DNA of 64,000 nucleotides from Coraliomargarita sp. (GTDB lineage: Bacteria; Verrucomicrobiota; Verrucomicrobiia; Opitutales; Coraliomargaritaceae). Below, in pieces: positions 11,883 through 21,758 of this stretch. The DNA lies in the NCBI GenBank assembly GCA_965216325.1, contig OZ244160.1:96001-160000 (forward strand). Reading direction: 5' to 3'. The notes beneath the pieces were generated by a model. It did no database searches. It was not told the origin of the DNA and saw only the letters and a program-made list of their open reading frames with translations. Positions within the stretch are counted from its first letter, which is position 1. The number at the start of each line of letters is the position of its first letter. Made by a program: the position numbers and the translations under genes.

Positions 11883-13742
11883 ATGCGCCAATTTCTACTT
11901 ATCCTCAGTCTAGCCACTGCAGTCCCAGTGATCGCCGAGAGCGAAGTGGGCAATTTCACGCCAAGTGCACCTGTGTATGATTTTCGTCTGCCACGTTTTG
12001 GAGAGAGTGGTTATACGGAATGGGTTTTGCGTGGAACTGAGGGGCATTATGACAGCCCGCAGCAGATTCGTGTGAAAGGCATGGCGCTGCGCATTTACTC
12101 AGGTGATGAGAAGATGGCGCAGGAGCTATCCATGGATAGTCCCGAAGCGACGATTCTAACTGAGAAAAACCGCGCAGTCTCGGATAGTGCGATTGAGATT
12201 ATCGGCGCGAATTTCAAGATTTCCGGATTGGGGTGGAATTGGGATGGCAACACCAAGGAGATCCGTGTGCTGGCGTATACCAAGGTCGAGTTTACGCAAA
12301 GTATCGCAGCGAGTTTAACGGAGGTGAGTCCGACAGCGCCTGAAGATGGTGGACATACTGAGATCTACAGTGAGAGCTTGGTGCTGCGCACCAGCGAGAT
12401 GGGCTATGCGTTCGAATTTACGAATGATGTGCGTGTGGTCTCTGACGAGATGGATCTAAGCAGCCAGACTTTGATTGTCTTGGCTGATGGGCCTGAGGGG
12501 CGTGATGAAAAGATGAAGGCTCCGGACGCTTCGACCACGAAGCTGGAAGCGGTGCGTCAGGTGATCGCACGTGGCGATGTAGTGATCAAGCAGGAGCAAC
12601 ATACCGTGCGTGCTGGCGAAGCTGACTTCTTCCCGCGTGAGCAGGCATCCACACTGACTGGGCTGCCGCAGGTTGAATTGCCGGGTGCATTTATTAGCGG
12701 TGCGACGATCCGCACTCGCGAGGGGCGCGTGTTGATTACCGGAGATGAGGTTGCTGGACGTGCGCAGATGATTCTGACGCAGACAGGAGGCCTGGGGATT
12801 CAAGGCGCGTCCTCATTGAGCGAGCAGACCATTGTGCTGGCTGACAAGATTTTGATGCGAGAACTGGAGGCTGAGAACAAATTCTTTTTCGAGGGCAATG
12901 TCGATGTGATGTCCGGTGCGCTCCAGCTGAAGTCGGATACGCTCACAGTTTTAGCGCGTAAGGCAGCTGAATCTGCAGGTTCGGAAGATGAATCGCTTAA
13001 GGTCGGCGAAGTGCATGATATGTTGGCTGAGGGGAGTGTGCGCATTGAGCAGGACGGCCAGATCGTGAATGCTGAAAAAGTGCGTTTCTTCCCGCTCGAA
13101 GAACGTGCACATCTGACAGGTAGCCCGACTGTATCGAATGGCGAGTCGGTGATTTCTGGGCAAAGCATTGACCTGGTGCCGGGCAAGGCGATCGTGAATG
13201 GCTCAGCGAGCGAGCGAGTCGTGGTCATTCTACCAGTGATGCCTGACTTGGGTTACAAGCCGAGTTTCATTCCATCCACGACGGAGGACACTGAAGCCTC
13301 AGAGGCGGTCGAAGAGTCCGAAACAATCGTGAAGAGCCGTATCGTTGAGATGTTGGAAGATCCGGAGAACACTCGCTTCATTTTTAAACAAGATGTGGAG
13401 GTACTTGGCACGAATTTGAAGACCACCTGTGACCGCCTCGATGTAACTGCGCGTGAAGTTGCCAGCGGCCCGGAGACTGGACAGTTGGATGTCGAAACGA
13501 TCGAAGCCATCGACAACGTCATCATCCATCAGGGCGAGCGCGTCGCTACTACCGACAAGGCGATCATCCTTCCGAAGGAGGGTAAGCTGACACTTGAAGG
13601 CAATGCAGTTGTCAAAAATCCGCAGGGCACAGTTAAGGGGCATCGCGTGACGCTCTATCAAGGCGAACGCCGAGCTGTCGTCGAGGGCGATAAGTCCCAG
13701 GGCGATGGTCGTGCCAAGATCACACTCCCAATGCCGGAGTAG
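11883..13742 (+). CDS. LptC-like domain fused to three LptA/OstA-like beta-jellyroll repeats
   Basis: Signal peptide; three internal repeats (about aa 159-299, 316-451, 481-616) sharing F.F...V.V, A.G.V.I.Q and LTG.P.V patterns; lies directly upstream of lptB. Confidence 0.75.
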   Translation: MRQFLLILSLATAVPVIAESEVGNFTPSAPVYDFRLPRFGESGYTEWVLRGTEGHYDSPQQIRVKGMALRIYSGDEKMAQELSMDSPEATILTEKNRAVSDSAIEIIGANFKISGLGWNWDGNTKEIRVLAYTKVEFTQSIAASLTEVSPTAPEDGGHTEIYSESLVLRTSEMGYAFEFTNDVRVVSDEMDLSSQTLIVLADGPEGRDEKMKAPDASTTKLEAVRQVIARGDVVIKQEQHTVRAGEADFFPREQASTLTGLPQVELPGAFISGATIRTREGRVLITGDEVAGRAQMILTQTGGLGIQGASSLSEQTIVLADKILMRELEAENKFFFEGNVDVMSGALQLKSDTLTVLARKAAESAGSEDESLKVGEVHDMLAEGSVRIEQDGQIVNAEKVRFFPLEERAHLTGSPTVSNGESVISGQSIDLVPGKAIVNGSASERVVVILPVMPDLGYKPSFIPSTTEDTEASEAVEESETIVKSRIVEMLEDPENTRFIFKQDVEVLGTNLKTTCDRLDVTAREVASGPETGQLDVETIEAIDNVIIHQGERVATTDKAIILPKEGKLTLEGNAVVKNPQGTVKGHRVTLYQGERRAVVEGDKSQGDGRAKITLPMPE

Positions 13743-13802
13743 GCGTAAAATTCGTCAGGATTGGTTTGCGATACGACTCTGCGCTGCTTTTGATTGAAAA
13801 AT

Positions 13803-14543
13803 ATGAACGAAGCTTCAGCCCCTCCGAGAATTGAGACACGCGACTTGGTGCGCGATTTTGGCAAGCGCCGCGTGGTCAATGGTGTCAATATAAACGTAAC
13901 CGCAGGGGAAATCGTCGGCTTGCTGGGGCCCAATGGTGCCGGTAAGACCACTACATTCTACATGGTGGTTGGTCTGATTCCGGCGACGCAGGGTAAGGTC
14001 TTTCTCGATGACGATGATCTGACGCCGTTGCCGATGTATCGTCGTGCGCGCCGTGGAATCGGTTATCTGCCACAGGAAGCATCGATTTTCCGCAAGATGA
14101 CTGTGGAGCAGAACATCCGTGCTGTCGCGGAGACGTTGCCGCTGAGCAAAGCTGAACGCAAGGCCTGCATTGAAGAGCATTTGGAAGAGCTGGGGCTGAC
14201 GCACCTAGCAAAGCAAAAAGCCTACACGCTCAGTGGTGGCGAGCGCCGTCGCTTAGAGATTTCTCGTGCACTGGTGACACAGCCTAAGTTCCTGTTGATG
14301 GATGAGCCGTTTAGCGGGGTGGATCCGATCAGCGTGAGCGAAGTGCAGAAGATTATCGTGCAGCTCAAAGATCGGGGCATCGGCGTGTTGATCACTGATC
14401 ACAATGTGCGTGAAACGCTGCAGATCGTGGATCGAGCCTATTTGCTCCACCAGGGCAAGGTTCTGGCTGAGGGAAGTAGCGACTTTCTGGTTAATGATCC
14501 GCAGAGCCGCGAGTTCTATCTCGGCGAAGATTTTAATATGTAG
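13803..14543 (+). CDS. lptB: LPS export ABC transporter ATPase
   Basis: GPNGAGKTTTFY, YLPQEASIFR, LSGGERRR, DEPFSGVDP, ITDHNVRET and YLGEDF motifs. Confidence 0.97.
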   Translation: MNEASAPPRIETRDLVRDFGKRRVVNGVNINVTAGEIVGLLGPNGAGKTTTFYMVVGLIPATQGKVFLDDDDLTPLPMYRRARRGIGYLPQEASIFRKMTVEQNIRAVAETLPLSKAERKACIEEHLEELGLTHLAKQKAYTLSGGERRRLEISRALVTQPKFLLMDEPFSGVDPISVSEVQKIIVQLKDRGIGVLITDHNVRETLQIVDRAYLLHQGKVLAEGSSDFLVNDPQSREFYLGEDFNM

Positions 14544-14583
14544 GGCACAAATCCCCCCGTCCATTTTCTACTGACCTTCCATC

Positions 14584-15552
14584 ATGCCCAAACAAGTAAA
14601 AAGCAAAACCACTTTTGTTGAAGCCGTCTCGGTTCGTGAGTTCTTCGAATCCTTTAAGGAGCCACTTTCGCTCGAGCTGGTCGCCGGTGAGGCAGGTTTG
14701 GATAAGACCATTCGCGAACGTAGTTTGAATCGTCCCGCCTTGGCGCTGACGGGCTATTTCCGTTATTTTGCGACCAAGCGCATCCAGCTATTTGGTGCTG
14801 GTGAAATGGCATTTCTGCGTGATTTGGACGAAGAGGAGGAGCACCGTGTGATGACGGAGATTCTGAAACGAAATGTGCCCTGTCTGGTGATTTCGCGCCA
14901 CTTGTTGCCGACGAAGATCATGAAAAAGTTGGCGGATGAGTATGGCACGCCATTGATCCGTACCTCTCTCAAGTCGAAGACGCTGATAACCGAAGCAACT
15001 TTGCTGCTGGAGGATAAATTTGCGCCTCGCACACATATGCATGGCACCTTGTTGGATGTGCGTGGTGTGGGCACCCTGATTTGCGGTGAGAGTGGGGTTG
15101 GTAAGAGTGAGTGTGCGCTGGCACTGATTGAGCGTGGCCATAGTTTGGTTGCTGACGACCTGACCTATATCAAGCGTCTGAGTGACCGCGAATTGATGGG
15201 CACATCCTCGGAGTTGAGTCGCGGATATATGGAGTGTCGTGGCCTGGGCATCATCAATATCGCAGATCTGTTTGGTGTGCGCTCGGTGCGTCTGCAAAAA
15301 CGTATCGACTTAGTGATTAACTTTATCGCATGGACCAAAGGCATGCATGAAGAGCGCACTGGCCTCGAGGGCAAAACGCTTGAGATCTTGGGCCTACCCG
15401 TTGAGATTATGGAGATCCCGGTTCGCCCCGGGCGCGATATGGCGCGCTTGGTGGAAGTGGCTTCCATGGTGCATGCACTCAAAAACATGGGGCATGATTC
15501 CGCTGCGGAATTTAACGAAAAGTTGATCGCCCATATGGGTGGGGGCAACTAG
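14584..15552 (+). CDS. hprK: HPr(Ser) kinase/phosphorylase
   Basis: [39 protein letters not shown] and PVRPGR motifs. Confidence 0.95.
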   Translation: MPKQVKSKTTFVEAVSVREFFESFKEPLSLELVAGEAGLDKTIRERSLNRPALALTGYFRYFATKRIQLFGAGEMAFLRDLDEEEEHRVMTEILKRNVPCLVISRHLLPTKIMKKLADEYGTPLIRTSLKSKTLITEATLLLEDKFAPRTHMHGTLLDVRGVGTLICGESGVGKSECALALIERGHSLVADDLTYIKRLSDRELMGTSSELSRGYMECRGLGIINIADLFGVRSVRLQKRIDLVINFIAWTKGMHEERTGLEGKTLEILGLPVEIMEIPVRPGRDMARLVEVASMVHALKNMGHDSAAEFNEKLIAHMGGGN

Positions 15553-15574
15553 CAGTGGAGCAATACGACCAGTC

Positions 15575-16963
15575 ATGGAAGCGCTCCTGTATGGAATAAT
15601 TGTCGTCCTCTTGCTCGGGGCTGTTGGGCTATTTGTCGCGAATAACAAGCAGAAGACTAGAATCAAAGTCTTAGAAGCGGATCGTCGCTCGCAGATCGAA
15701 CATGAGCTCAATCTACAAGATCCTGCTTCAGTCGTTGAAGAACCGGTTAAAAAAGTACCTGTCCCAACAAATGCAGGTTTCTCTAAGCCGGCGTCGAATG
15801 CCTTGTTTGCCACACTGTCTCACGAGTTGCGCACGCCCTTGAATGGGGTGCTCGGGATCTCGCAGGTGCTTAATGAAGAGCGGGATAGCGAGGACCTTAA
15901 GGTGTTGGAAGGTTGTGCGCGCCATATGTTGGCGGTGTTGCACACTCTGGTGAATTTGTCGAAGGTGCAAGCTGAGTGGGGCCAACTGCCTGAGTATCGA
16001 GAGTGGGTGAGCCTGCACGAGTTGACTGAGCAAATTAAGAAAAATCTGAGTTTTCGAGCGCGTAGCCGTGGACTCAAGATTCAGCTGGAGCATCAGGATC
16101 AGACCTTGCGCTTGCGCGGTGATAGCGACCATCTGAAAACGATTATAGAGACTGCGTTGCTGGGGTCGATCGAATGTGTGGACATGACTGACCTTCCGGA
16201 TGAAGAGCAGACTTTATTGGTGACATGGTGCACCACGAAAAAGGATGTTAAGTTAATTATTGATAACCCACTGGAGACGATGGCTCCTAATCGTGGTGAA
16301 CGGATTTCGGAGGTCGCTGAGCTGACCACTGGAGACAGCCATTCACGAATTAAAATGGAGTTTCTTTATTGGGCGGTCTCGTCTGCATTGCTGGAGTATT
16401 ACAAGGGGGCGATGTTGGCGGTGGCAATTGAACCCAGTGGCGTGCGCACCACGCTGGCCTTTGAGATGGAGCGTATGCATGCCTCACCAACCAGTGGATT
16501 ACCCGTTGGTGGCTTACGACTTCAAACTGGGGATAAGGCCCCGAAAGCCATGGTTGAGTTGCCTCAGACTTTCAAGATTCTGGTGGCAGAGGATGATCAA
16601 ATCAATCGTGGTCTGATGGGCATGTTGCTCAAGCATATGGGGCAGGATGCACATTTCGTTACGAATGGTCAGGAGGTTCTCGATAGGCTTGAGACAGAAA
16701 CGGATTTCGACCTGATTTTGATGGATATTGATATGCCCATCTTGGATGGGATGTCCGCTGCACGTGCGCTACGGATCGGCGAAGTCGGCTATCATGGTAT
16801 GGAAATTCCAATTGTTGCCGTAACGGCGTTTAACGCACTCTCTGATCAGGGGAAATTTAAGAAGGCTGGCATGGACTACTTCTTGCCGAAGCCGCTGGGA
16901 TTAGCAAATCTACGTGAGGTTTTGCTCGAGATTATACGCAAGCAACGTAGCGAAGCTGTTTAA
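15575..16963 (+). CDS. hybrid histidine-kinase-like protein (TM-HisKA-degenerate HATPase-REC)
   Basis: N-terminal TM helix; H-box SHELRTPLN; receiver LVAEDD...LMDIDMP...VTA...PKP. ATP-binding N/G1/G2 boxes are not recognisable. Confidence 0.85.
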   Translation: MEALLYGIIVVLLLGAVGLFVANNKQKTRIKVLEADRRSQIEHELNLQDPASVVEEPVKKVPVPTNAGFSKPASNALFATLSHELRTPLNGVLGISQVLNEERDSEDLKVLEGCARHMLAVLHTLVNLSKVQAEWGQLPEYREWVSLHELTEQIKKNLSFRARSRGLKIQLEHQDQTLRLRGDSDHLKTIIETALLGSIECVDMTDLPDEEQTLLVTWCTTKKDVKLIIDNPLETMAPNRGERISEVAELTTGDSHSRIKMEFLYWAVSSALLEYYKGAMLAVAIEPSGVRTTLAFEMERMHASPTSGLPVGGLRLQTGDKAPKAMVELPQTFKILVAEDDQINRGLMGMLLKHMGQDAHFVTNGQEVLDRLETETDFDLILMDIDMPILDGMSAARALRIGEVGYHGMEIPIVAVTAFNALSDQGKFKKAGMDYFLPKPLGLANLREVLLEIIRKQRSEAV

Positions 16964-16971
16964 ACTCTGTT

Positions 16972-17472
16972 ATGCGCAATAGTGTGGTTTTGATCGGAAT
17001 GCCGGGCTGTGGCAAAAGCACGCTTGGGGTGTTGCTTGCGAAGCGTTTGGCGATGGGATTTGTGGATACCGATCTAATCATTCAGGCGCAGGCTGGAATG
17101 CGGCTGCAAGAATTTCAGCAGCTCCATGGTATGGATGCCTTTCGTGAACTGGAATGTCGTGTGCTATCTTCCGTTGACTGTGCACATACCGTGGTCGCGA
17201 CTGGTGGGAGTGCAATCTATTACCCGGAAGCGATGTCGCATCTCAAGGAAGTGGGCAGAGTGATCTACTTAGATGTTCCTCTCGCGGAGATTCAGAGGCG
17301 TATTGGTGCTTTATCGGTTCGTGGTGTGGTTATGGATGCAGGGGCAACCCTTGCGGATCTCTATGAGGAGCGATCACCGCTTTACCGTGAATATGCGAAT
17401 GATGTGATTGCCTGTGAAATGAAGCCGCTGGATGTCATTCTAAATGAAGTGGTCCGCTTGCTGCGCACATAG
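16972..17472 (+). CDS. aroK: shikimate kinase
   Basis: GMPGCGKST, DTD, FRELE, ATGGS and ERSPLY motifs. Confidence 0.92.
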   Translation: MRNSVVLIGMPGCGKSTLGVLLAKRLAMGFVDTDLIIQAQAGMRLQEFQQLHGMDAFRELECRVLSSVDCAHTVVATGGSAIYYPEAMSHLKEVGRVIYLDVPLAEIQRRIGALSVRGVVMDAGATLADLYEERSPLYREYANDVIACEMKPLDVILNEVVRLLRT

Positions 17473-17522
17473 ATTTTGCCATTGCACCTGCGGTGCTTTA
17501 TGGCGGACTGGTAGTTTGTCGT

Positions 17523-18164
17523 ATGAAAATTGAATCAGCAGTCTTTCAGGCCAGTGCACTCGACCTCGAGGCGTGTCCTCCTTCGCATTTACCCGAGTTT
17601 GCATTTGTCGGGCGTTCCAATGTGGGGAAGTCGTCGCTGATCAATATGTTGACGGCGAAATCTGAGTTGGCGCACACTTCAAGCAAGCCAGGCAAGACTC
17701 AGTTGATTAATTTCTTCAAGATTAATGATGCGTGGAATTTAGTCGATTTACCAGGCTATGGCTATGCGAAGCTGTCCAAAAAGAAACAAGAGGATTTCAA
17801 CATTCATGTGAGTGGCTATTTACTGGGGCGCGAAAACCTGAAGCAGATCTTTGTGCTCGTGGATTCGCAGTTGGAACCACTGGATGGAGATCTGGCTTTT
17901 ATCGATTGGTTGCAGGACTGTAAGTTGCCGTATTCGGTGATTTTTACCAAAACGGACCGTGGTTCGAACACGACTGCGAAGAATCATGCAGAGCAATTTT
18001 CGGCAGAACTGGAGCGTCTTGAGCTGAAACCTACCGAAAGTTTCACTTGTTCTTCTAAAACCCGCAAGGGCCGCAATGAGATCTTGCAGTGGATCGACAA
18101 GCAGTTGCCGAAAAAATCAAAGAAGAAAAAGGGGAAGTCGGTTAACCTCGGCTGGATGAAGTAG
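17523..18164 (+). CDS. engB: ribosome biogenesis GTPase YsxC/EngB
   Basis: GRSNVGKSS, PGKTQ, DLPGYGYA and TKTD motifs. Start set at ATG 17523. Confidence 0.95.
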   Translation: MKIESAVFQASALDLEACPPSHLPEFAFVGRSNVGKSSLINMLTAKSELAHTSSKPGKTQLINFFKINDAWNLVDLPGYGYAKLSKKKQEDFNIHVSGYLLGRENLKQIFVLVDSQLEPLDGDLAFIDWLQDCKLPYSVIFTKTDRGSNTTAKNHAEQFSAELERLELKPTESFTCSSKTRKGRNEILQWIDKQLPKKSKKKKGKSVNLGWMK

Positions 18165-18287
18165 GGCAGCAGTTGCCTACTTTGTTAAAAGACGTATTTT
18201 CGGTTGCAGGAGCGGCGACTTTAGCACAGTGTAGGGAAAAACACCTATGTTCCGGGTGATAATTACTCTACTTAAGTGCGCATTACC

Positions 18288-18677
18288 ATGCCGTTGCCTC
18301 CTGAAATCACTTTTGATGCCAGTCTGCCGAAGGTTGATCGTGAGCAGTTGGACATGCTATTGATGGCTGATGAGGGGGAGGATGCCATCGCCTTTGTGCG
18401 TGAGATCTATCAGATTTTCCGGAGTGAGTCAGATGAGAAGCTCGCTCAATTGGATGCCATTTGCGCGTCGAATGAACTGCCTCAACTGCGCAATGCCGTT
18501 CACTTTGTGGCGGGGAGTGCTGGAAATCTGGGTATGGTGCGCTTGCACAGCCTCCTGCGGGCGATCGAAGAGGCAATTGATCTGCAACAGCTTACCGCCC
18601 CAGAAGCACTGGTGGCGTCGATACGAAGGGAGTATACGAGCGCCTGTGAGGCCTTCGAGCAGGAGCTTCTAGCTTAG
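18288..18677 (+). CDS. Hpt (histidine phosphotransfer) domain protein
   Basis: All-helical, about 130 aa, with AVHFVAGSAGNLG (a variant of HxLKGSS.xLG). Confidence 0.8.
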   Translation: MPLPPEITFDASLPKVDREQLDMLLMADEGEDAIAFVREIYQIFRSESDEKLAQLDAICASNELPQLRNAVHFVAGSAGNLGMVRLHSLLRAIEEAIDLQQLTAPEALVASIRREYTSACEAFEQELLA

Positions 18678-18823
18678 TTTTTGGCGTCCGGTGGCGTTTG
18701 TTCAAATCCGTGCACGTGCTCGGTCTCTTCCGGAGTGCGTAGCACTTTGAGGATACACCAAAGTAGTAGGGCGCTGACTGAGCCTACTGAGAGGGCCATG
18801 ATAATCCATCCACTCAAGGTCAT
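18674..18823 (-). CDS. 49-aa single-TM protein, MetS-like small partner of the NSS transporter (absent from the ORF track)
   Basis: Manual translation [49 protein letters not shown]. Its ATG overlaps the transporter stop (ATGA) and is preceded by AAGGAGG. Confidence 0.8.
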   Translation of the reverse strand: MTLSGWIIMALSVGSVSALLLWCILKVLRTPEETEHVHGFEQTPPDAKN

Positions 18824-20544
18824 TTGGATGCCTCCTTATCAGTTACTTTTTTATAGTCTGGGTTAAGCGACACAATGAAGACGAACAATGCCGCTACGGT
18901 TGAAATTAGACCTACGCTGAGCCAGGCAACTGTATTCGGCTCGATGAATAGGTCGCGAACGTATCCACTGACTTCGGATTCACCTGTCTGGAAATTCAAG
19001 CCGAAGATATTGCTGGCGATCCACATCACGAAGATAATTAGCAGGAAGGCGGGGCAGAGGTATTTCATGATCACTCTGAAAAATCCTGGAATGCGTATTG
19101 CGGATCCTTCGTGCGCTAACTCGAGGCCTTTGTCGACTCCGAGAATCCAGCCAAAAATTATGATCTGAATCGTCGAGAGCACGAAGATCAGGAAAGTGCC
19201 GACCCAGAAATCCATGGTGTCGAGTGCTTTCACACCGGCGCTAAAGTAGACCACAAAGCCACAGCCGACGACTGTGATCAGGCCGAGGAGGGCGACTGAC
19301 TGCTTGCGGTTGATTTTTAGGGCTTCCTCCAGAAAGGCGATGCCCGGCTGCAACATCGAGAGTGAGCTGGTGACCGCAGCCAGAAAGAGGAGGAAGAAGA
19401 ATAGGAAGCCGAACAGTCCGCCGAAGGCCATATTGGCGAAGACCATCGGAAGCACATTGAATCCGAGGCCAAAGGTGCCCATGCCAGCCACGCCGGCCAC
19501 TCCGAGGAAGGTCACGGCAGCAGGCAGGGTAATCAAGCCGCCAAGAGCGACTTCGCAGAACTCGTTGGCGCTGGTGGCCGCTAGGCCGCTTAACACCACA
19601 TCATCCTTTTTCGATAAGTAGCTGGAGTAGGTGATGATCACGCCGAAGCCCACGGACAAGGAGAAGAAGATTTGTCCCGCGGCTGCGAGCCAGAGGTTCG
19701 GGTTTAGCAATTGCTCTACCACAGTGATCGTGTGGATGCGTAGGTTCTCGTCGTCGGCTGCTTGAGTCTCTATATTGGCCAAGCGTGTGGCATCGACGAT
19801 TTCCTCGCCGCGAATCCATTGACCTTCGTTGTTTTTGCTTTCAACGACTTGTTTTTGAGGATTCCACATGAAGCCTAGGCCATTGTTCACGTTGCGATCC
19901 GGGTGCGCTGCATCGGGTGTGCCGAGGGTGAGCACGCGAAACAAGATGACGAATGCAATTAGCACGAGTGTGGGCATCGCATACTTGCAGAATAGCTCGA
20001 TACCTTTGGAGAGCCCCCGATAGATCAACACGAAATTCAGTATAAAGACCAGTATGAGGAATACGCCGACCTGCTTGAGTCCAAAGCCCAGTGCGGAACC
20101 GTCGGCTTCAATGCCGATGAAACCACCCCAGAATGCGCTGGCATCGCTAACGGTCGCAAAGTCCATATTGCCTGCGAGGAAGTTGACCGCATAGCCCAAG
20201 CACCACGCCTCGATGTAGACGTAATACATGTAAATGATGACAGGGATGAGCACCCCAATGACGCCCAAATATTTGAAGGCTGGCTTTTGAGTAATGTAGT
20301 TGTAGATGCCCGGGCTTGAATTGAAGCCGCCTTGTCCGCCGTGGCGCCCCATGGTCCATTCTGCCCAGCAAATTGGCAAGCCGATCAGCAAGAAGGAGAT
20401 GAAGTAGGCCAACATAAAGGCACCACCACCAAATTCTGCTGCTTGACCGGGAAAACGAAGGAAATTACCGAGGCCAACCGCGCTACCGGCTACCGCTAAG
20501 ATGACGCCGACGCGCGAGTTCCAAGATTCCGTATGCTTACTCAT
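18820..20544 (-). CDS. sodium-dependent transporter, neurotransmitter:sodium symporter (NSS/SLC6) family
   Basis: [38 protein letters not shown] and FLAAVTSS motifs. Start set at ATG 20544. Confidence 0.95.
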   Translation of the reverse strand: MSKHTESWNSRVGVILAVAGSAVGLGNFLRFPGQAAEFGGGAFMLAYFISFLLIGLPICWAEWTMGRHGGQGGFNSSPGIYNYITQKPAFKYLGVIGVLIPVIIYMYYVYIEAWCLGYAVNFLAGNMDFATVSDASAFWGGFIGIEADGSALGFGLKQVGVFLILVFILNFVLIYRGLSKGIELFCKYAMPTLVLIAFVILFRVLTLGTPDAAHPDRNVNNGLGFMWNPQKQVVESKNNEGQWIRGEEIVDATRLANIETQAADDENLRIHTITVVEQLLNPNLWLAAAGQIFFSLSVGFGVIITYSSYLSKKDDVVLSGLAATSANEFCEVALGGLITLPAAVTFLGVAGVAGMGTFGLGFNVLPMVFANMAFGGLFGFLFFFLLFLAAVTSSLSMLQPGIAFLEEALKINRKQSVALLGLITVVGCGFVVYFSAGVKALDTMDFWVGTFLIFVLSTIQIIIFGWILGVDKGLELAHEGSAIRIPGFFRVIMKYLCPAFLLIIFVMWIASNIFGLNFQTGESEVSGYVRDLFIEPNTVAWLSVGLISTVAALFVFIVSLNPDYKKVTDKEASK

Positions 20545-20643
20545 GTGATGAGCGCTATTAATTGGTCGGCTGCAATGATAAGCCAGAAAAAAATCTGCTA
20601 AACAGGGTGACTTTCGCCGCAGGGCTGTCTTAGATCGTAGGAT

Positions 20644-21756
20644 ATGTCTTTGATTGATCGCTATGTTTTGAAGGAGTGGGCCGTCGCGTTTGCGCTCACA
20701 CTGGGTGTCGTGCTCGGTATTCTTATCCTGCAAAACATGTATGATAGTTTGCCGGATCTGCTGGATGCCGGAGCAAATTTTGAGCAAATTGTATTCTACT
20801 ATGGATTGGCCTTGCCCGGATACATGCCAACCATTCTGCCAATTACTTTTCTGGTATCGTTGCTGTTTTCAGTGGGCACCTTGCATCGTAACAATGAGAT
20901 CACTGCGATGCGAGCTTCAGGCTGTAGCTTGTTTCGGCTGAGCCGTTCACTATGGTTGGCTGGCCTGTTGCTTTCCTTCGGATTATTCTACCTGACCGCG
21001 CTGGTGATTCCACGCACGGTGGAACAGGCGCGCACCTTTTTTGAGAATTTGGAATTTGCTGCGGAAGCGGTGCAGCGGGATGCCAAGGAAGTTGGGCTCA
21101 TTTATAATCTCGGCTTCGACAATCGCAAAGACAACCGGCTGTGGTTCATGAATCGTTTCAGTGAGCAGGCCTGGCTCGCGATGGGGGTCAATGTTCATAC
21201 GCGTACTGAGGATGGGCGTGAAATACACCGAATCTCCGCTGAAGAAGCTTATTTCGATGAGGCATTGGGCTATTGGGTGTTCCAAGATGGCCGTGAGTTG
21301 ATCATCGATGAAGAGACTGGAGATGAGTTGGGATTACTGCCCTTTGAGGAGAAGGTGTTCGAGAGCTTTACAGAGGATCCAAGCCTGATGCTAACTTTGC
21401 ATAAAGATGCAGACGAGCTGTCTTTGAATGAGCTTCGCCGTATTATGGATACGGTGCCCGCGGAGGAGAACCCTGCCGTGCATGCCTATGCGGTGCGCTA
21501 TTTCCACCTGCTGGCCGCTCCGTTTAGTTGTTTCGTGCTGGTTGGGATCGCGGTGCCGTTTGCGACTTCGGGCGTGCGGACTAACCCAATGATCGGCATT
21601 TCCAAGTGTTTAAGCTATTTCGTCGGCTTTTTGGTTTTGGTTAGTTTCTGCTCGCTGCTTGGAGAGCGTCAAATCTTGACGACATGGTTGGCTGCGTGGT
21701 TACCGAATATTCTAATGCTTGGTGTGGCCGTCTGGCTCTTTGCCCGAGCGCGATAA
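20644..21756 (+). CDS. LptF/LptG family LPS export permease
   Basis: [22 protein letters not shown] and LAAWLPN motifs; 3 TM + periplasmic domain + 3 TM topology. Confidence 0.9.
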   Translation: MSLIDRYVLKEWAVAFALTLGVVLGILILQNMYDSLPDLLDAGANFEQIVFYYGLALPGYMPTILPITFLVSLLFSVGTLHRNNEITAMRASGCSLFRLSRSLWLAGLLLSFGLFYLTALVIPRTVEQARTFFENLEFAAEAVQRDAKEVGLIYNLGFDNRKDNRLWFMNRFSEQAWLAMGVNVHTRTEDGREIHRISAEEAYFDEALGYWVFQDGRELIIDEETGDELGLLPFEEKVFESFTEDPSLMLTLHKDADELSLNELRRIMDTVPAEENPAVHAYAVRYFHLLAAPFSCFVLVGIAVPFATSGVRTNPMIGISKCLSYFVGFLVLVSFCSLLGERQILTTWLAAWLPNILMLGVAVWLFARAR

Positions 21757-21758
21757 CG

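Noticed and set aside
20545..20787. N-terminal extensions given by the ORF track (NSS transporter; also pyrF, ispE, rhodanese, cysE, response regulator, waaP)
   Set aside because: The extensions overlap neighbouring genes or promoters and precede the family-typical N-termini, so downstream starts were chosen.
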